Part shown: positions 40,832 through 45,903 of the stretch, piece by piece
Layout of the letters: each line of letters begins with the position of its first letter
Position numbering within the stretch: position 1 is the stretch's first letter
Source: Candidatus Zixiibacteriota bacterium
GTDB lineage: Bacteria; Zixibacteria; MSB-5A5; GN15; FEB-12
Direction: 5' to 3'
Length of the DNA stretch: 45,903 nucleotides
Assembly: GCA_024275255.1 (NCBI GenBank)
Contig: JAJRZL010000122.1
Span: forward strand, 1 to 45,903
The notes under the pieces: model-generated
Seen by the model: the letters and a program-made list of their open reading frames with translations, nothing else
Told to the model about the DNA's origin: nothing
The model's database searches: none
Translations under genes and position numbers: made by a program

Positions 40832-41647
40832 ATGGAAGATTTAACCGCTAAACTGATGGAATGGGGTGCGCAGTATGGCATGAAAATTGTCGGCGCGATT
40901 GCTATTCTCATTATCGGTCGTGTCGTAGTTAGTATTATGATGAAAATAGTACGTCGCTTGATGCAACGTGCTAACACCGATGATACGTTGACAAAGTTTG
41001 TTGTCAGCCTGACCAAGATTGCTCTTATGACATTCTTATTTATTGCTGCTCTGGGTACTTTAGGAGTACAAACGGCATCGTTTGTTGCGGTTATCGGTGC
41101 TGCCGGTCTGGCTATCGGTTTTGCTTTACAGGGTTCGCTGGCAAACTTTGCTTCGGGAGTGATGTTGATAATATTTCGACCGTTCCGGGCGGGAGATTTT
41201 GTTGAAGCGGGCGGCTCGATGGGTGTTGTTGATGAAATCTCGATTTTTAATACAATATTAAAAACTCCTGATAATAAAAAAGTAATTATTCCAAACAGCA
41301 GCATAACCGGGGGAAATATCACTAACTTTTCAGCGGAAGCTATCCGCAGGGTCGATTTGGTATTTGGGATTGGTTATGATGATGATATCAAAAAAGCTAA
41401 GGAGATATTGGATGAGTTGATTGCCGCTGATAGTCGCATATTGAAAGATCCGGCACCGACCGTGGCCGTATCGGAACTGGCAGATAGCTCGGTTAACTTT
41501 GTGGTTCGTCCCTGGGTGAAAACAGAAGACTATTGGGGGGTCTATTTCGATTTAACAGAAAAGGTGAAACTGACATTTGATGAACGGGGAATTTCTATCC
41601 CGTATCCGCAACATGATGTGCACTTGCATCAGGTGAACGCCGCATAA
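40832..41647 (+). CDS. MscS-family small-conductance mechanosensitive channel
   Basis: Three N-terminal TMs are followed by GFALQGSLANFASGVMLIIFRPFRAGDFVE and the beta-domain pattern typical of MscS. Confidence 0.85.
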   Translation: MEDLTAKLMEWGAQYGMKIVGAIAILIIGRVVVSIMMKIVRRLMQRANTDDTLTKFVVSLTKIALMTFLFIAALGTLGVQTASFVAVIGAAGLAIGFALQGSLANFASGVMLIIFRPFRAGDFVEAGGSMGVVDEISIFNTILKTPDNKKVIIPNSSITGGNITNFSAEAIRRVDLVFGIGYDDDIKKAKEILDELIAADSRILKDPAPTVAVSELADSSVNFVVRPWVKTEDYWGVYFDLTEKVKLTFDERGISIPYPQHDVHLHQVNAA

Positions 41648-41667
41648 ATTATTGGAGGATTAATAAC

Positions 41668-42579
41668 ATGACAACAAAAATGAAATTAGTTACCGGTATG
41701 CTCTTTTGTGTTATTGTTTTGTCGTATTCTTTTGCTTTTGCTGAGGACTCAACTTTTGTTGGCTGGAAGAAATCAGCAGTTCTTGATTTCACCACGACAC
41801 AGACATCTTATTCCGATTCATGGACCGGGGGAGAAGCAGGGGCGGTCAACTGGGTTGCCAACCTGAATGGCTCCGCCGAAAAACAATTTACCGATTGGTT
41901 TAATTATAGAACGAATCTCAAGCTTTCTTTCGGTCAAACATTGACCCAGGATGTGACGGTTGAAGGGAAACCCTGGAAAAAGCCGAAAAAATCAACAGAC
42001 TTAATCGACTGGGAACATGTTGGCAAATACACTGTCGGTTGGTATGTCGATCCGTACACAGCCTTTCGTATCGAGTCGCAATTCTACGATGGCTCCGTAT
42101 CGGCAAAGAAACGCTGGCTCAGTCCGCTGAAACTGACGGAATCAGCCGGTTTTGCCAGAAAAGTATATGAGAAGGACAAGGATTTTGTTACTACCCGATT
42201 AGGGTTTGCAGTTCGTGAAATTTTCACTACGGAGTTTACTGATACCGTTACCTGGGCAACAGAAACAAATTCGGCGACTGACGGCGGTTTTGAATCGGTT
42301 ACCTATATTGTTTTAACGCTGAAAGAAAACCTCAAATATACCGGCAAGCTGTCAATGTATAAAGCGGTAGTCTATTCCAAAAAAGATGAAATCAAAGGTC
42401 AGCCGAATGAAGATTACTGGAAAGCGGTGGACATTAATTTCGAGAATATCATCAGTGCTTCCATTACGAAAATAGTTACCGTCAATCTTTACACCCAGTT
42501 TTTATATGACAAAGATATCAGCTTGAAAGGTCGCTGGAAAGAAACGCTGGCAATAGGGTTTGTTTTCAGCCTGATATAA
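41668..42579 (+). CDS. Predicted outer-membrane beta-barrel protein (DUF3078-like by recollection)
   Basis: It has a signal peptide. WKKSAVLDFTTTQTSYSDSWTGGEAGAVNW resembles the DUF3078 N-terminal signature. Strands alternate along the sequence. Confidence 0.45.
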   Translation: MTTKMKLVTGMLFCVIVLSYSFAFAEDSTFVGWKKSAVLDFTTTQTSYSDSWTGGEAGAVNWVANLNGSAEKQFTDWFNYRTNLKLSFGQTLTQDVTVEGKPWKKPKKSTDLIDWEHVGKYTVGWYVDPYTAFRIESQFYDGSVSAKKRWLSPLKLTESAGFARKVYEKDKDFVTTRLGFAVREIFTTEFTDTVTWATETNSATDGGFESVTYIVLTLKENLKYTGKLSMYKAVVYSKKDEIKGQPNEDYWKAVDINFENIISASITKIVTVNLYTQFLYDKDISLKGRWKETLAIGFVFSLI

Positions 42580-42607
42580 GCGATTATGATATCAAGCTTT
42601 TTGATGT

Positions 42608-42647
42608 ACGGATGTTATGTCCCCGCTGACATAGCATCCGTTTTTTA
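42608..42647 (+). terminator. Rho-independent terminator after the outer-membrane protein gene
   Basis: ACGGATGTTATGTC (42608-42621) pairs with GACATAGCATCCGT (42628-42641) with one G-U pair, followed by TTTTTT. Confidence 0.6.
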
Positions 42648-43829
42648 TCCGTGCTTGCGTTCCCATTCTTTCAAAACATGAATCAGGCGTTCGATATCTA
42701 CATCGTTATTAAAAAAGTGGACGGAAACTCGTATGGAACCCTCACGTGGTACGACGATAATCTTTTCCGCCAACAGTTTCTTTTGTAAGGGGCGATAGTC
42801 GGGGCAGGTGAAAGTAATTATTGATGAGCGGTGTTTATGGTCCCTTGATGATGTGATAGTGTAATATGAAGAATCATCTAAATAGGCAGTCAGCCTGTCG
42901 ATGAGCTGATAGTTATGTTGTTGGATATTGTGAATACCAAGCTGTTTGAATAACTCCACTGATGCTTTCATCCCCATGAGGTTCAACACGGCATAGTAAC
43001 CCAGTTCGAATCGTCGGGCGGAATCAAAATAGGGCTGATCATACTTGAACAAATTAGAAAACTTCATATTCCAGTCGGTTCCCAGCCACGACATGAACGG
43101 TGGGGATATCTGATTGCGTATCCGGTCGGACAGGTAAAAGAAACCGCACCCCTGAGGTGACAACATCCATTTCTGACAACCGGATGCAAAAATATCTATC
43201 CCCAGTTTGTGTACGTCGATAGGTTCCACCCCCATCCCTTGGATTCCATCGACGACAAAATATAAATCATGTTCACGGCAGATTTTCGAGAGTGTATGCA
43301 AATCATTTTTATAACCATTGAAAAACTGAACCCATGAAATAGCCAGTACTTTCGAACGGGGAGAAATCTTTTTTTGCAATTCGTCAATATCAAAAAACCG
43401 ATTACGGGAGGGGACAAACTGGAGCTTCAGTCCCTGTCGTTCCGCTGCGGCGCGAAAGGTGTACACCAACGCCGGAAACTCGATATCGGAGACCAATATC
43501 TCATCTCCTTGTTGTAACGGCAATCCAAAGGCAGCAATGTTCAGCCCAAATGATGTATTCAAGCCGATTCCTATTTCACGTTTATGAGCTCCTATTAACT
43601 GGGCGTAGTCAGATCGTAGTTGTTCTTGTGTGGTAAAGGCATCATGGGAGTCATCATAGTCTGCTGCCATTCGAATCCGTATATTGTTGTATATTGCTTC
43701 CTGCAAAGCAGTTGAAAAAGGACCATAGGAAGCGGAATTGAAATAGACGACGTTTTTTGTATGAGGGAACAGAGCTCGAACTACCTGGAACATGTCGGCA
43801 TTATTTTGTCTCATGTTGACATCTCTCAC
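42645..43829 (-). CDS. Class-V PLP-dependent aminotransferase (cysteine desulfurase / selenocysteine lyase-like)
   Basis: It has the VYFNSASYGP N-terminal pattern, DGIQGMG, and a PLP-lysine context (FASGCQKWMLSPQGCGFFY). The alternative start is ATG 43814. Confidence 0.75.
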   Translation of the reverse strand: MRDVNMRQNNADMFQVVRALFPHTKNVVYFNSASYGPFSTALQEAIYNNIRIRMAADYDDSHDAFTTQEQLRSDYAQLIGAHKREIGIGLNTSFGLNIAAFGLPLQQGDEILVSDIEFPALVYTFRAAAERQGLKLQFVPSRNRFFDIDELQKKISPRSKVLAISWVQFFNGYKNDLHTLSKICREHDLYFVVDGIQGMGVEPIDVHKLGIDIFASGCQKWMLSPQGCGFFYLSDRIRNQISPPFMSWLGTDWNMKFSNLFKYDQPYFDSARRFELGYYAVLNLMGMKASVELFKQLGIHNIQQHNYQLIDRLTAYLDDSSYYTITSSRDHKHRSSIITFTCPDYRPLQKKLLAEKIIVVPREGSIRVSVHFFNNDVDIERLIHVLKEWERKHG

Positions 43830-44254
43830 AATGTATAAAGGTATCCAATGATAAGCAGCGCTCCCCCCAGTTTCAATAATAAGCCGAGCAGGATATACAG
43901 TAAATACGGCATTGATAGTTTAATCCGCAGTGATAATCCCATCAATATTGGAGTTGCTCCGAGGGCGAATGCCAGCAGGGCTACTGAGAGACCGGCACGA
44001 AGACCATCAAGCGGGAGGATTAGGTAGAGAAAACTGTATGCCAGGGTGGGGATAACGACAAAGAACAAAAGCTCCATGATATAATTGACAAGAAACCAGC
44101 CGGTTCCCGTAGACTCCATCATCTGTGGGGGGATACCTCGAGATATGTTCAGCAGGTGTCCTACCCATTCGTACAGGAGTGAAAGTATCAGCAGGTATCC
44201 ACCGGCAGCAACTATGCAGTATATCATCAATTCCATTGAAATCATTTCAACCAA
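43826..44254 (-). CDS. Small integral membrane protein (about 4 TM), unknown function
   Basis: It has four hydrophobic segments and overlaps both neighbours (4 and 13 nt). Confidence 0.45.
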   Translation of the reverse strand: MVEMISMELMIYCIVAAGGYLLILSLLYEWVGHLLNISRGIPPQMMESTGTGWFLVNYIMELLFFVVIPTLAYSFLYLILPLDGLRAGLSVALLAFALGATPILMGLSLRIKLSMPYLLYILLGLLLKLGGALLIIGYLYTL

Positions 44255-45237
44255 CCCTCTTGTAGATACCAGTTGTATGTTTCTTTTGCCCCTTGTTCAA
44301 ATGGTATGCGTGATTCAAACCCAAAATCCTTTAATGCTTTTTCTGTTGATAGTTCCCACGATGCCAGCAGTTCCGCTGCTTTTTCGCGAGTAAGCATCGG
44401 GGTTGCTCCGACAAGTTTGAAGCTCATCTCTGAGAGAAAAGCAATCACCCGAAATATCGGGGCCGGAAGTCGCAGGGTAAAACCTCGCTTCCCGCAAGCA
44501 CGTGCTAAGGTGGTTACCAGTTCTCGCATCGTATAGGCGGTATGCTCCGCGATAAAGTACGCACTGCCGGGGATTGTTGCTCCCTGTAAGGCAAGATAAA
44601 TTGCCAGGCAGAGATCATCGACATGGACCAACTGGATTTTCCGGTTGGGGTTGCCGATTAATGGCTTGAGCCCCTTGTGAATAGCTTGAAAAAACGAGAA
44701 TATTTCCTTGTCACCCGGACCATACACCCCGGAAGGGCGCAGCGAGATAGTATGAAATTTGTCCGCATAGCTCAGTGCAATATGCTCACCGGCAAGTTTT
44801 GATTTGCCGTAGGTGGTGATGGGGTACGGAGGATCGGATTCAGAGACCAGTTTGTCCGAGCGCATCGGTCCGGCAGCAGCCAGCGACGAAATGTACACAA
44901 CTTTTTGTACGGTGGGATTCTGTTTTTCGATGGCTTCAAATAACGATGCCGTTCCTGTTTCGTTTACTTCATAGAATCTTTTCGTGTGTTTGGCTTTGGT
45001 AATCCCGGCATTATGAACGATATAGTCAACACCAGCCACCATGTCGAAAAGCGTTTCCGGTTGAGTAATATCGCCATATCGGTATTCTACCGGAACTCCT
45101 TGCAGCAGTGATAAGTCGGCGGTTTTCCGTACTCCGGCAATAACATGATACCCTTTCTCAGTAAGGTACCGGCTCAACCGCGACCCCACAAAGCCGTTCG
45201 CTCCGGTTATAAGAACACTGAACTGCGCCTGTGACAT
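44242..45237 (-). CDS. NAD(P)-dependent epimerase/dehydratase-family SDR
   Basis: It has the Rossmann motif ITGANGFVGSRL and the catalytic YGKSK. I chose the start at ATG 45237. Confidence 0.8.
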   Translation of the reverse strand: MSQAQFSVLITGANGFVGSRLSRYLTEKGYHVIAGVRKTADLSLLQGVPVEYRYGDITQPETLFDMVAGVDYIVHNAGITKAKHTKRFYEVNETGTASLFEAIEKQNPTVQKVVYISSLAAAGPMRSDKLVSESDPPYPITTYGKSKLAGEHIALSYADKFHTISLRPSGVYGPGDKEIFSFFQAIHKGLKPLIGNPNRKIQLVHVDDLCLAIYLALQGATIPGSAYFIAEHTAYTMRELVTTLARACGKRGFTLRLPAPIFRVIAFLSEMSFKLVGATPMLTREKAAELLASWELSTEKALKDFGFESRIPFEQGAKETYNWYLQEGWLK

Positions 45238-45580
45238 AATGGGAAAGTAGGGAATCAATCTGTATTAGACAAGTAAGATAGTAAGAGAAAATCCAGTTTG
45301 TACGACTCTACTTGTTCCAACTCAGATAAATAATATCAGTACTCTATTTTTTCATATTATTTGAGAAAACAGCAGATTGATACTGCAATATCTTGAGAAA
45401 AGCATTGAATACATCTGTAAAACCGAACGGCGAAAAGAACAAAAGTAACAGAGAGAAAAGTTATCAGATTATAAGTAATGGTACTGGAAACATTTTATTG
45501 GCAAGAGAACATGTGAACATATAAGCATGTGATTTTCAAAATATCGTAGAAAAGTGAGTTTGCTATTCCAATGCAACTCG

Positions 45581-45903
45581 TTATTTTTCCACATGTTCCG
45601 GTCGCAATCGTGTTCGCGGTAGTTCGATATCACACCGAACCCCATCCTGTTTGATAATTCGCGCCGGAGTCCCGGCAACGGTGCAGTTTGAAGGCACATC
45701 CCGCATCACGATAAAGCTATTGGCGCCAATCTTGACATTATCGCCCACCGTTATTGGTCCCAGCAAGGTAGCCCCGGTCCCTATATAGACATTATCCCCA
45801 AGGGTCGGGTGACGTTTGCCGTGATGTTTCCCGGTGCCGCCAAGAGTAACATTATGGAAGAGAACACAGTTTTTGCCAATTTCCGTTGTCTCACCGATTA
45901 CCA
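45581..45903 (-). CDS. cysE: Serine O-acetyltransferase, C-terminal part (5' end outside window)
   Basis: The minus strand reads ..[83 protein letters not shown], a left-handed beta-helix hexapeptide pattern of CysE. Confidence 0.75.
   Translation of the reverse strand, partial: VIGETTEIGKNCVLFHNVTLGGTGKHHGKRHPTLGDNVYIGTGATLLGPITVGDNVKIGANSFIVMRDVPSNCTVAGTPARIIKQDGVRCDIELPRTRLRPEHVEK

Noticed and set aside
40756-41322. A 188-aa minus-strand ORF opposite the MscS gene.
   Set aside because: Its hydrophobic appearance is the mirror of the MscS TM helices. The MscS frame has the family motifs and a good SD.
1-45903. A search for tRNA, rRNA, transposase, integrase, phage, toxin-antitoxin, CRISPR-Cas, reverse transcriptase or restriction-modification genes.
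   Set aside because: I recognised none in any frame or intergenic region. The intergenic gaps are short except at 19697-20278, 22472-22992, 40474-40831 and 45238-45580, and none of those shows a tRNA-like T-loop or other RNA-gene signature that I can identify by eye.

Overview
This is a 45.9-kb chromosomal segment, densely coded on both strands, probably from an uncultivated anaerobic bacterium. A T9SS-type C-terminal sorting signal at the left edge, together with frequent Shine-Dalgarno sequences, suggests a non-Bacteroidia FCB-group or candidate-phylum origin (low confidence). I can support about 40 protein genes. I recognised no rRNA, tRNA, CRISPR array, transposase or integrase. Content by region: (i) 0.1-10.5 kb holds a tandem-receiver protein and a peptidase-rich block (M1, S9, M24, NUDIX), plus an M1-like paralogue that has lost its zinc ligands. 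(ii) 11-22.5 kb holds housekeeping genes (pyrG, kdsB, pdxT, lipA, ispH, a CcmF-type haem lyase, a mini-Rieske protein, an O-methyltransferase, an ArsC/Spx-like protein, ETF-quinone oxidoreductase). Two unusually long non-coding stretches interrupt it, and one is an island of nested palindromic repeats. (iii) 23-30.8 kb holds a divergent pair of Hanks-type kinase genes. One is degenerate and interrupted by an in-frame TAA; the other is intact with PEGA-like ectodomains. The intact kinase heads an operon of two paralogous TPR + CsgG/LpoB-like secreted proteins, a predicted outer-membrane beta-barrel and a large lipoprotein. (iv) 30.8-40.5 kb is the most striking locus. A consensus sigma-54 promoter with upstream palindromes, and an adjacent PAS-type enhancer-binding protein, drive a NifX-like protein, a DsrMK/HdrDE-like module, a signal-less NrfC/DsrO-like ferredoxin and an NrfD-like subunit fused to a hexahaem cytochrome c. 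The same operon carries a REC-kinase-REC set whose PAS domains share a Cys triad with the activator. (v) 40.8-45.9 kb holds an MscS channel, an outer-membrane protein, a class-V aminotransferase / membrane protein / SDR cassette and a truncated cysE. All functional calls rest on motif recognition by eye from the supplied translations and sequence; no database search or folding computation was possible.
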